Of a stretch of 64,000 nucleotides of DNA, positions 48,226 through 57,254 are shown piece by piece (within the stretch, counting starts at the first letter, position 1; each line of letters begins with the position of its first letter). The notes beneath the pieces were generated by a model that was not told the DNA's origin, made no database searches, and saw only the letters and a program-made list of their open reading frames with translations. Source of the DNA: a virus; IMG/VR virus record IMGVR_UViG_3300035698_019240, positions 28,056 to 92,055 of that record, one strand, 5' to 3'. The translations under genes and the position numbers were made by a program.

Positions 48226-49070
48226 TCATGATCTGGTGTATTTGTGTAAGTTGTTATTTTAAATCTCATACCATGTCCTATTTCATCAACATCTGCTGAC
48301 TGCATTCTAACAAACCCAAAATTTAAGAAGTTCATTTTATTTACAAATCTTGATATAGGCACTTCAACACTAAACATATTATATTGGCCGTTGCCATACG
48401 GTGCTGCTGATATATGTTCAAATTGTTGTGTTGTTGTATTCCAGTCTGCATTCCAGTAAGCAGGTGGTTGGTTACCTTCATCATCAATAGGTATAAAAAT
48501 TAATCCACCTGTTGAAGGCATTGTACCAGTTTCGGATATGTTATCTATATTTATTGTACCATTTCCTGCAGCGGGTATAATAAGAAATCCACCATAAACA
48601 TTAAAGTATGTTCCTGACGAGACCGTTGTTGGGGTAACTCTTGGAACAATTTCAAAACTAACATTATCAAATTTTGTATTCTCCCAAGTTACATATCCTT
48701 CATGAATCCATGTTTCGTTTTCTATGATATTAAAATCAAAATAATGTGCTTCTACGGCTGGGCCTCCGGAAACATGAAAGAACTGAAATGGGTCTCCACC
48801 ACCAACATCTGTTGGATCACTTGGATCGTCTCCTGCTCCTGTCCAGTATATTTTTGTTCCTATTTTTCTTGACGTTTCATGAACTCTTTGTTTACCAGAC
48901 CTATCAACATGATTTACACTTAATTTTTTACTAACTATTGCTGTTTTATTAACATTAATAGAGTGTGTAATATTATCAGGACATACAGTAGGTTCTTCCT
49001 CTGACCATTTCATAACCCATTTACTATCTGTATTACACCAAATTCTATATTTATCTAAATCTTTACGCAT
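48177..49070 (-). CDS. Hypothetical virion protein
   Basis: Long beta-rich ORF in late cluster. Confidence 0.65.
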   Translation of the reverse strand: MRKDLDKYRIWCNTDSKWVMKWSEEEPTVCPDNITHSINVNKTAIVSKKLSVNHVDRSGKQRVHETSRKIGTKIYWTGAGDDPSDPTDVGGGDPFQFFHVSGGPAVEAHYFDFNIIENETWIHEGYVTWENTKFDNVSFEIVPRVTPTTVSSGTYFNVYGGFLIIPAAGNGTINIDNISETGTMPSTGGLIFIPIDDEGNQPPAYWNADWNTTTQQFEHISAAPYGNGQYNMFSVEVPISRFVNKMNFLNFGFVRMQSADVDEIGHGMRFKITTYTNTPDHDWSAAVTLTLNREKQL

Positions 49071-49084
49071 TATTTTTCACTCCA

Positions 49085-49708
49085 TTAATCAAAACCGAGC
49101 ATTACCGAAGTAATATATAATCCGGTATTGGTTTCATTTCTTTTACCTTGTATTTCTATAATAGCTTCACCGCTTGGCATCATAGATGTTGTTGTATTCC
49201 ATACAGTTTCAGATGTTTCGTTTATGTTATTCCAAGAAGCTATAATATTATCATTTGTAATATCATAAAGTCTCATTAATCCAGGATCACTTACATTATC
49301 AACCCATGCGGTTACTTTCGCCATAGTAGGCGAACCATTTATATCTGTACCTCTAAAAATAAATTGTCTAATAACTTGATATGTTGTTGATGTTACTTCA
49401 AAATAATATTGACCTGTTGCTTCTCCAGATGCTTCAAATTGCATATCAGTTGTGCTATAATCAAATGCATGTTTTTCAGTTATAGGTGTTAAATATTTTA
49501 AAGAATTTGCAATATTTAAATCATTTGATCCATCATTTATTACTATACCACCACTTGTAACATGGGATTTTAAATCTTCTGATTCTGTTATTTCTGTTAA
49601 AGTACATATTTCAAATAAATCCCTTGAACCACTTACAGCTATTGTTATACCACCTAAATCTGTAATTCTAATACTATGAGAAGTATCATTTTTTATAATA
49701 ACTTCCAT
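49085..49708 (-). CDS. Modular virion protein (shared N-domain only)
   Basis: I.ITDLG.IT...DLF...EI.ES.DL...SG.I.INDG. Confidence 0.7.
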   Translation of the reverse strand: MEVIIKNDTSHSIRITDLGGITIAVSGSRDLFEICTLTEITESEDLKSHVTSGGIVINDGSNDLNIANSLKYLTPITEKHAFDYSTTDMQFEASGEATGQYYFEVTSTTYQVIRQFIFRGTDINGSPTMAKVTAWVDNVSDPGLMRLYDITNDNIIASWNNINETSETVWNTTTSMMPSGEAIIEIQGKRNETNTGLYITSVMLGFD

Positions 49709-50424
49709 TAATTATACCTCCAAACTACTTCAACACAAACTATTGGGTTTCGTATCTTTTTACCATCTTTACCAACCATCATTGATAATTTAGAGTCTTC
49801 ATCTATATCAATATTAATATTTGCATTCTTATACTTATAATCTACCATTTCAAATTCAAATACATCATTGTTGTTAACTTCTATTGAAAAACCTTTTGAA
49901 TCTTCTCCATGTGTTGCTGATCCATATACAGAAACTATTGTTGCTTTTTTAGGTATTAGATATCCAATATCTCCATGATTCAAATTATCTATTTTCATTT
50001 TAACATTATCAGCGTTTTTATATGAAAAGGTAAATAACCTTCTTTCTACAGATAACCATTTACCTCTATTTCTATCAAATATGTATACTTGATTATCCAT
50101 AGTATCATACCAAATGATGCATGTTGCTGTTGGTGGAGGTGTAGATGTCGTTGAATTATAAATTGACGATTCATATCCAGTTTTTATATGTAAACATTTT
50201 AAACTATCATCTATACCGAGGCCATTTATAGAAACATCACCAGCTGACACTTTTTGTGATAATGTTATAGAATTTGATATTTCTAATATATCAAATAAAT
50301 CAGTAAGTTCATATGATTCACTTGCGGGTAATGTAATACCTTCAAGATCAGTAAGTTGTATATCTTCACTTGTAGTATTTGTTATTGTAATTGCTATATT
50401 ACTCATTATTCTACATATCTCCAA
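49708..50424 (-). CDS. Modular virion protein (N + C domains)
   Basis: Shared N-domain; R.KWLSV.R...EVVWR C-domain. Confidence 0.7.
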   Translation of the reverse strand: MEICRIMSNIAITITNTTSEDIQLTDLEGITLPASESYELTDLFDILEISNSITLSQKVSAGDVSINGLGIDDSLKCLHIKTGYESSIYNSTTSTPPPTATCIIWYDTMDNQVYIFDRNRGKWLSVERRLFTFSYKNADNVKMKIDNLNHGDIGYLIPKKATIVSVYGSATHGEDSKGFSIEVNNNDVFEFEMVDYKYKNANINIDIDEDSKLSMMVGKDGKKIRNPIVCVEVVWRYN

Positions 50425-51491
50425 GCTATTTCAATCTGACATACAGTGTCAGTAACCCTAGTACTTACATTAGAAACATAAACTTTTAATATTGATCCTG
50501 CATTTAAATCTATATTAATATTACTATTTACATAAGTAAAACTTGAATCACCAGGATATGCATATAATAAAAGAACCGCATCACCGTTACTTCCATCTCT
50601 TAGTTCAAATGCTTTATTATTCAGACCATCACTACTTCTTTGATATATTCCTGTTACTGTACAATCTCTATGCATATAAAATCCAGCTTCAGAATCATTA
50701 ACATTTGAAGGTCTTAAATATGTACCGTCTGCCCCACCATCTTTAGCTAATACAAATATAGTTTTTGAAGATGTTAACCACTTTTCTCTATTTGCATCCC
50801 AAAAATAAGGAAATCCTCCTATATGATCAAACCATGAATCACCAGATTCTACTTCACCAGAAGGTGGAGGTGTTGTCGCAACACTCATAGCTTTCTGACT
50901 ACCGAGTTTCCATTCACCTGCTGAGGCACTCCATGATAGAATTTGTCCTCCAGATGGAGAATCTATTGTAACATCTAAATGTGTTGATAAATTATGTGTA
51001 TTTGATGGTGATATCGGTTTATATTCTGACGCTGATGGAACCCATGTAAGAACTTGATATAAGTCCGGAACATTATCAGATACATCTGTATGATATCCTA
51101 TTTCATGTGGTGCTATACCACCTGTAGCAGATGGTGTTATTGGAAGCCATTTATTAGTAGTATTATTCCATGAAAGAGTGTTGCCATCTACTATACCTGC
51201 AGATATTACATCTGTATGTGATAATATAGAATGACTATTATCTACATCATCTTCATATTCAGTTTCATATTCAATATGTTTAAGAGCATTCATAATTGAA
51301 AGATCACTGGTACCGTCATTTAAAATGATATCACCACTTTGAATATTAGTTTCAAGTGTTTCACATTCAATTATATCGTTCAATTCAAACAAATCTGTAA
51401 GATTTAATTGATCGGAGCCGGGTACTGATATACCCAACTCCGTCAACATTATATCTATTACAGTATTATTTTTTGCTATTATTGTAGCCAC
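50406..51491 (-). CDS. Modular fibre-like virion protein (N + repeats + C)
   Basis: H..DV...L.W repeats; EIAWR end. Confidence 0.7.
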   Translation of the reverse strand: MATIIAKNNTVIDIMLTELGISVPGSDQLNLTDLFELNDIIECETLETNIQSGDIILNDGTSDLSIMNALKHIEYETEYEDDVDNSHSILSHTDVISAGIVDGNTLSWNNTTNKWLPITPSATGGIAPHEIGYHTDVSDNVPDLYQVLTWVPSASEYKPISPSNTHNLSTHLDVTIDSPSGGQILSWSASAGEWKLGSQKAMSVATTPPPSGEVESGDSWFDHIGGFPYFWDANREKWLTSSKTIFVLAKDGGADGTYLRPSNVNDSEAGFYMHRDCTVTGIYQRSSDGLNNKAFELRDGSNGDAVLLLYAYPGDSSFTYVNSNINIDLNAGSILKVYVSNVSTRVTDTVCQIEIAWRYVE

Positions 51492-51528
51492 AAATAAAAA
51501 AACCTCTATTATATTATTCTACTAAGTA

Positions 51529-53247
51529 TTACGCTCTCCAGGCAATTTCAATAACTACCATAGGAACAGATACTTTATTAGTAGCGGATAAAAATCCTTG
51601 TACATAATCACCTGCTGTAAAATCATAATCAATAGCAGTTGATGCATCTTGTGCCCCAAGAGATGCTGCAGGTACTGTTAATGATTCATGAACAGTTACG
51701 GAATCATTTTTTCTTACTTCAAACACACCGCCACCAGCAGGTGCTACATTTTCAAGTTGTGCCGCCATAGAAACTATGGTCGCATTTCTTGCTAAACGAT
51801 AACCTGATTGGTTAGATGTTGTGCCACCTGCTGAGAATTCAAGATATTGATCTATAGTAGAATTTGCTCTACCAAAAACCAAGAACATTCTTTGAACAGA
51901 TAACCATTTACTTCTACCAGAATCATATGCGTATAGAAGTCCGTCTATAACTGCTAATTGTCCTGATGCGGCTCCTGCAGTTGGTGCTGCTGATAAACTA
52001 GTTAATTCTAAAGGTGCAACAAAAGCACTTGAAGCGTCTAATTTTACAGCTCCTTCATCTACGGTTACTACTCTTCCACGATTATAAGCTTCGTCAAGAT
52101 CCAGACCATCAGCACTTACAGTTATTGACTCTAATTTAGTATCAATATCTTGGATTGCTGCTTCTAAATCACCTGTACCTATATGAGTATAAGTACCTTC
52201 TACGTCTATCTCATTAGCATCATGTTTATTAGTTTCACCATCAGTATGACTATCAATATCAGCTTGTGCTCCTGTTATGGCTAATGTATTGGTATCTGCT
52301 GTACTTTGTGCTGTAGCGGCATCGGAAACTGCTCCATCTGCTGTACTTTGTGCTGTAGCGGCATCGGAAACTGCTCCATCTGCTGTACTTTGTGCTGTAG
52401 ATGCGGCTGTTGTATTAGCCCCCATCTTAGTATCTATACCACTAATTACGGATTCAAGATCAGTTGGTGAACCTGCTATATTTGTATAGGTTCCTTCTAC
52501 ATCAATCTCATCAGCGTCATGTTTGTTACTTGTACCATCTAAATGGGTTTCAATGTTACCCCAATCAACATCGGCAATTTTCATCCAAGAAGTTGAGGAT
52601 GCTTGATAAACATATTGTGCGCCTTTACCATCACCATCATCACTAATCATAACAGCATCATCACCACTTGGTGTATAAGATGTTGTCCAGTCACCAGTAC
52701 CAACAGTATATTCAAAAATTGTTTCAACACCGTCAGATAAATCTATTACTCTATTACCTTCGATTGGTGTATTTGCTACAGCGTCCCATGTGACTCCATT
52801 ATATTTGTATAAGATATTATCATCTGTATCAACATAATGATCTCCCGTAGTAGCTCCAGTAGGCGCTTCTGATTGAAGTCCTAACACTATTGCTTTTACA
52901 GGGGCACTCCATGATGGTGCTCCGTATTCTGGAACACCTGTAAGACTATCATAACTAACTACAGCGGTTCCTGCTACGAGTTCTGCTTTTGTGTAATGAT
53001 CTTCTAATAAATGATATTGATCAGTGGTCTGTAAAAATTTCACACCGTTTACGGCTGATAAAGGACCAGAGCCATCATTTAATATAATAGTACCATCACT
53101 TACTTCTTTTCTTAAATCATCAGAGTTTTGTAATTCTTGAAATTTATATTGACTATAAAGATCAACCACTCCGTTTATTGTTATACCTAAATCTACTACA
53201 TCTACACTTGAACCACTAGCTGTTAATGTAATCATTTCATTTGCCAT
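51529..53247 (-). CDS. Modular fibre-like virion protein (N + stalk + C)
   Basis: Shared domains; AQSTADGAVSDAAT repeats; duplicated NKHDAxEIDVEGTY. Confidence 0.75.
   Translation of the reverse strand: MANEMITLTASGSSVDVVDLGITINGVVDLYSQYKFQELQNSDDLRKEVSDGTIILNDGSGPLSAVNGVKFLQTTDQYHLLEDHYTKAELVAGTAVVSYDSLTGVPEYGAPSWSAPVKAIVLGLQSEAPTGATTGDHYVDTDDNILYKYNGVTWDAVANTPIEGNRVIDLSDGVETIFEYTVGTGDWTTSYTPSGDDAVMISDDGDGKGAQYVYQASSTSWMKIADVDWGNIETHLDGTSNKHDADEIDVEGTYTNIAGSPTDLESVISGIDTKMGANTTAASTAQSTADGAVSDAATAQSTADGAVSDAATAQSTADTNTLAITGAQADIDSHTDGETNKHDANEIDVEGTYTHIGTGDLEAAIQDIDTKLESITVSADGLDLDEAYNRGRVVTVDEGAVKLDASSAFVAPLELTSLSAAPTAGAASGQLAVIDGLLYAYDSGRSKWLSVQRMFLVFGRANSTIDQYLEFSAGGTTSNQSGYRLARNATIVSMAAQLENVAPAGGGVFEVRKNDSVTVHESLTVPAASLGAQDASTAIDYDFTAGDYVQGFLSATNKVSVPMVVIEIAWRA
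52294..52400. repeat. 42-bp exact tandem repeat (~2.5 copies)
   Basis: ATCTGCTGTACTTTGTGCTGTAGCGGCATCGGAAACTGCTCC. Confidence 0.9.
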
Positions 53248-53250
53248 GTT

Positions 53251-53700
53251 TTATCTCCTCCATGCTATTTCCACGGTTAAAATTGGATAATTAATAGTAT
53301 CATCATCATCCACCGAAAGGAAAGCTTGTAACCAATCTTTTTTTTCTACATCCACATTTAAATTATCAATCACATCACCATTTGTTCCAGATACCTGTAA
53401 AGTTGTTATATTTGTATCAAGGTTATTTTTTCTTATATGAAAACTTGATACAGTGTTATTTTGAGATTGTGCTGTAAGGGAAATTATAGTGCCATTACGT
53501 GGTAATTTAATACCAGTTACCATTGCTCTAACTTTTCCTTCAACAGACATATATCTCTCTCCAAATATATTTTTATTATCTATACCGAATATAAAGGTCG
53601 CCCTATTAACACTTAGGTACTTTGACCTACTTGCGTCATGATAGTAAAGATTTCCATTTTCTGGAATAAATTTTTGTACACATCTTTGTGCTGTTCCCAT
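53251..53700 (-). CDS. Stand-alone copy of shared C-domain
   Basis: D.SRSKYLSVNR..F.FG...RNGTI.S...EIAWR. Confidence 0.7.
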   Translation of the reverse strand: MGTAQRCVQKFIPENGNLYYHDASRSKYLSVNRATFIFGIDNKNIFGERYMSVEGKVRAMVTGIKLPRNGTIISLTAQSQNNTVSSFHIRKNNLDTNITTLQVSGTNGDVIDNLNVDVEKKDWLQAFLSVDDDDTINYPILTVEIAWRR

Positions 53701-53846
53701 TTACAAATTAGTTCCTTTTTATTTAATATTGAACGGTTATCCGTTACACTTATATTAAAAGCGATAATACCGATCAATATAAATAATGTTTGTCCAAATT
53801 AAATATAAAAAGAACGGTTGTTAGGTTAATCAGTTTTTGTGTTACA

Positions 53847-53882
53847 CAGTTCATTTGTTCAGTTCATTTGTTCAGTTCATTT
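53847..53882. repeat. 13-bp tandem repeat in divergent intergenic region
   Basis: CAGTTCATTTGTT x2 plus a partial copy. Confidence 0.75.
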
Positions 53883-53968
53883 TTATTTGTCAAACGGATA
53901 CATATTTGAATTAGTATTATATAAAAATAGATTTTAAAAAAACTAACAATATAATACTAACTCAACTA

Positions 53969-53991
53969 TATTTATACTATTAATATAAATA
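53969..53991. promoter_or_regulatory. Back-to-back late promoters
   Basis: TATAAATA on minus (53969-76) and plus (53984-91) at the strand switch. Confidence 0.7.
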
Positions 53992-54032
53992 TATAATATA
54001 GATGTGAAATTAAATTTGAAAAGGAAACGAAA

Positions 54033-54707
54033 ATGCGACTTAAAAATTATATAAATGAATTAAGTTCAATCTACGGCAAGGGAATAACTTTTTGCGACAT
54101 CGACGAAACACTCTTTAAAACATTTGCTAAGATAGATGTTAAGAAGGATGGAAAAGTAATTCATTCGTTAAGTAATACAGAATTCAATGATTATAAACTT
54201 AAAGAGGATGAAAGTTATGATTTTGGACAGTTTAGAGATGCTGAACTTTTTGCCAAAACTTCAATACCTATTCCTAATACTATCAATAGAATTAAAAGAA
54301 TGTTTAAGAATATGGATAAAAGAGGCTCAAGAGTTATATTACTAACAGCAAGGGCAGATTTTGATAAAAAAGAAACATTCTTACAAGTATTTAGGGATGC
54401 CGGTTTACCAATAGATCAGATTTATGTTGAAAGAGCAGGTAATATGAGTACTGGAACTACAGAAGAAAGAAAAGAAAAAATTATTATGAAATATTTATCC
54501 ACAGGTAAATATAGACGGGTAAGATTAATTGATGATTTTAGAAAAAACATTACAAAATTTCTTAAAATGGAAAAGAAAATGCCTAAAAAGGTTATGGATA
54601 AGATAAAGGATATACATCATATTACAGATGAAGAAAGTATTCCGCCTCTTGAATTTTTTGGTCTTTTTGTAAAAGAAAACGGATCGTTACAAAGGATTAC
54701 AATATAA
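54033..54707 (+). CDS. HAD-superfamily phosphatase-like protein with leader
   Basis: DIDETL (motif I), LLTAR (II), K (III), IDD (IV). Confidence 0.75.
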   Translation: MRLKNYINELSSIYGKGITFCDIDETLFKTFAKIDVKKDGKVIHSLSNTEFNDYKLKEDESYDFGQFRDAELFAKTSIPIPNTINRIKRMFKNMDKRGSRVILLTARADFDKKETFLQVFRDAGLPIDQIYVERAGNMSTGTTEERKEKIIMKYLSTGKYRRVRLIDDFRKNITKFLKMEKKMPKKVMDKIKDIHHITDEESIPPLEFFGLFVKENGSLQRITI

Positions 54708-55234
54708 TGAAATCAATAAAAACATTAGTGATAGAAGATGACCCCAATTTTTTTAAATTTGTCAAAGAATTATTAAAAAAATCAGAATATACAAAATATA
54801 TACTTTCAAGATCCAAATCACTCAGAGAAGGATCAGTTACACTTAAAAAACATAAATATGATGTGATACTATTAGATTTGACGCTTCCAAATGGTCAAGG
54901 TTTAGATGTTTTTAAGAAAATTCAAAAAGTATCCAATTACACACCTATTGTTATATTATCAGCATACGAACAACTATCGTTAGAGTCTGTAAGAGAAGGA
55001 GCACAAGATTACATAGTAAAAAATAATGTTACAACTGATGCTTTGGATCGCTCTATAAGATATTCTATAGAAAGAAAAACAATACAAGATAGAAGATTTA
55101 AATTGATAAGAAAACAAGAACAATTCCAACAAGAAGTAGGTAAAATATTAGAAGATAAAATATCTGTTTGGAAAGTAGAACGAATAGCTAAGCAAAATAA
55201 AATTAATGATATGATTGATAATATAGTAATATAA
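54707..55234 (+). CDS. Response-regulator receiver domain protein
   Basis: VIEDD, ILLDL.LP..G, PIVILS, GAQDYIVK. Confidence 0.9.
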   Translation: MKSIKTLVIEDDPNFFKFVKELLKKSEYTKYILSRSKSLREGSVTLKKHKYDVILLDLTLPNGQGLDVFKKIQKVSNYTPIVILSAYEQLSLESVREGAQDYIVKNNVTTDALDRSIRYSIERKTIQDRRFKLIRKQEQFQQEVGKILEDKISVWKVERIAKQNKINDMIDNIVI

Positions 55235-55243
55235 GGATAATTC

Positions 55244-55618
55244 ATGAATGATGTTATACCAGAGAACATAGTAATAAAGCTGTTTGATCAAGTTGCTGAT
55301 TCAAGTGAAAAGAATTCGGACGCTACAGAAAAATTAACAACTGTTATTGGCGATCTTAATGATACTTTGAAGGATGTAGAAAGAGATAATAAACAAAAAT
55401 TAAGTGATATCCATAAAGAGATAACTACACAAAATTTAGAAATTGGAAAAATAAAGAAAGTTTCATATGACATTAAGAGTAGAGTAACAACAATGATAGC
55501 TGTAGTCCTAATTACATTCTCATTGATGTTGATATCATATTTTTTTGTCAGTAGTGGTATTGATAAAACAGTAGATATAAAAGTGAAACATGCAATAGAA
55601 CAGGTAATTAAGAAATAA
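55244..55618 (+). CDS. Coiled-coil protein with one TM (holin-like architecture)
   Basis: Heptads then IAVVLITFSLMLISYFFV. Confidence 0.5.
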   Translation: MNDVIPENIVIKLFDQVADSSEKNSDATEKLTTVIGDLNDTLKDVERDNKQKLSDIHKEITTQNLEIGKIKKVSYDIKSRVTTMIAVVLITFSLMLISYFFVSSGIDKTVDIKVKHAIEQVIKK

Positions 55619-55634
55619 GTGGAGCATAAAAACA

Positions 55635-56198
55635 ATGAGACTTAAAGAATATATAAAAGATAATAAATTTAGATACTTAGCTGAGTTGATATCACTCGGT
55701 GAAGTATTGGAACTTAATGAAACATCTGACCAAACTTTAAAAGCTTTGAGAAGTGTTGGTGATAAGTTAGGACTCAAAGTTGTAAGATCAGATAGTTTAT
55801 TTGACTATCTAAAGAGAGCTGGTAAAGCAACTGATGATTTAGTAAGACTTGCATCATTATATTTATTAACAGATATTTCTAATAGTAAATTTAAAAGTGA
55901 AATTGTCAGGGATGCTAAGAAGATATTAAAGAAGCTTGATAAAAGAGAAATTATGGCGTTTATAATGCAACTTGATAGATCAACATTAGGAATAACATCA
56001 CATTTAAGACATATAACAATGTCAGTATTTGGTGTTGAGATAACAACATATAATCATTGGTTGAAGAATGTTGATTATCTTAAAAATGAAATCAAAAACA
56101 TGAAAATTACACTAAAAGGAATGCAAGGCACAGAGGACGAGATAAAAGCTCTTAAATATTTTGAAAATTTAGTAAGAAGTTTAGAGATAGGGAAATAA
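55635..56198 (+). CDS. Hypothetical late protein with leader
   Basis: MRLKEYI...; GGAG SD. Confidence 0.65.
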   Translation: MRLKEYIKDNKFRYLAELISLGEVLELNETSDQTLKALRSVGDKLGLKVVRSDSLFDYLKRAGKATDDLVRLASLYLLTDISNSKFKSEIVRDAKKILKKLDKREIMAFIMQLDRSTLGITSHLRHITMSVFGVEITTYNHWLKNVDYLKNEIKNMKITLKGMQGTEDEIKALKYFENLVRSLEIGK

Positions 56199-56210
56199 GG
56201 AGTAAAGTAT

Positions 56211-56570
56211 ATGAGTAATATTATAAAAAAGCTTGATATGTTTATAGGTGAAGAAGGAATAGTTACAGGAGATGTAGAAGCGAATACAGCAAAAGGAAGT
56301 ATTGATGTAGTTGGCGAAGAATGTAAAAAAGGATATAAATGGTGTCCTAAAGAAAAAGCTTGTATACCTATAACAAATGAAGATACTAAAGTAGAAGAGT
56401 TGAAGAATGTTAAAAACAAATAAGATGCTGAAAGTATAATGAAAAGAAAAGGTTTGAAATGGAATAAAAAAGAAGTATCAGATCAAGGTGGAATTTTATA
56501 CACTAACAAAGGTAAAGATATTGCCATGTGGTTCAAACTTGATTCAATACTAAGAGTATACCCCTACTAA
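56211..56570 (+). pseudogene. Leader-bearing protein split by in-frame TAA at 56421-56423
   Basis: Frame stays open 48 codons past the stop (KNK*DAESIMKRKG...). Confidence 0.45.
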
Positions 56571-56597
56571 TAAAAAATAAATTAGGATTAAAAAAAT

Positions 56598-57239
56598 ATG
56601 AGCATAAGCACAACAATAGAAGTAGGCAATGAATGTCCAATTATTCTTAAATTATACGATGAAGCAAGTGATCAATACCCACAAGCGTCTGTAATAGATA
56701 ATGAAAGCAATACATTAATTACTATAGATTTAGTTCATGAAGCAAATGGTATGTATGTACCCTCTACTTCATATGTTATGCCTGATAAAGAATTTATTAA
56801 AGTTGTGTATTTTGTATATACTGATGCTATTCATACAACAAAATCTATTGATTATTTAGACGACTACGATGTTTTTAGAAGAATTATACCTACTAATTAT
56901 AAGGCAGATGTATCAGGTATACAAACAAGTTTAGACAATCAAGAAATTAAAATAGATAAAATTCTAGGTTTAGTACATCATAATATTCATATTGATGAAC
57001 CAGTATATGATATGTATGATAATTTAATTGGAGCTCGATTAAGAATATATTCAAATCCTGATTCAGTAGGAAGTAATGCAAATGTTATAGCAGATTATTC
57101 AATAACATCTGTTGGTACTGGTGTAGGCAAGTTCTCATATTGGCAACAAAAGGAATTAGTAGAAGTTGATTATTTAGAATTTGAAAATGATAGCGGAGTA
57201 TTAATTTATGAAGATGGAGATATATTAGAATTAGGATAA
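56598..57239 (+). CDS. Hypothetical virion protein
   Basis: Beta-rich ORF preceding tailspike. Confidence 0.6.
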   Translation: MSISTTIEVGNECPIILKLYDEASDQYPQASVIDNESNTLITIDLVHEANGMYVPSTSYVMPDKEFIKVVYFVYTDAIHTTKSIDYLDDYDVFRRIIPTNYKADVSGIQTSLDNQEIKIDKILGLVHHNIHIDEPVYDMYDNLIGARLRIYSNPDSVGSNANVIADYSITSVGTGVGKFSYWQQKELVEVDYLEFENDSGVLIYEDGDILELG

Positions 57240-57254
57240 TAAAAGGAAATAATT

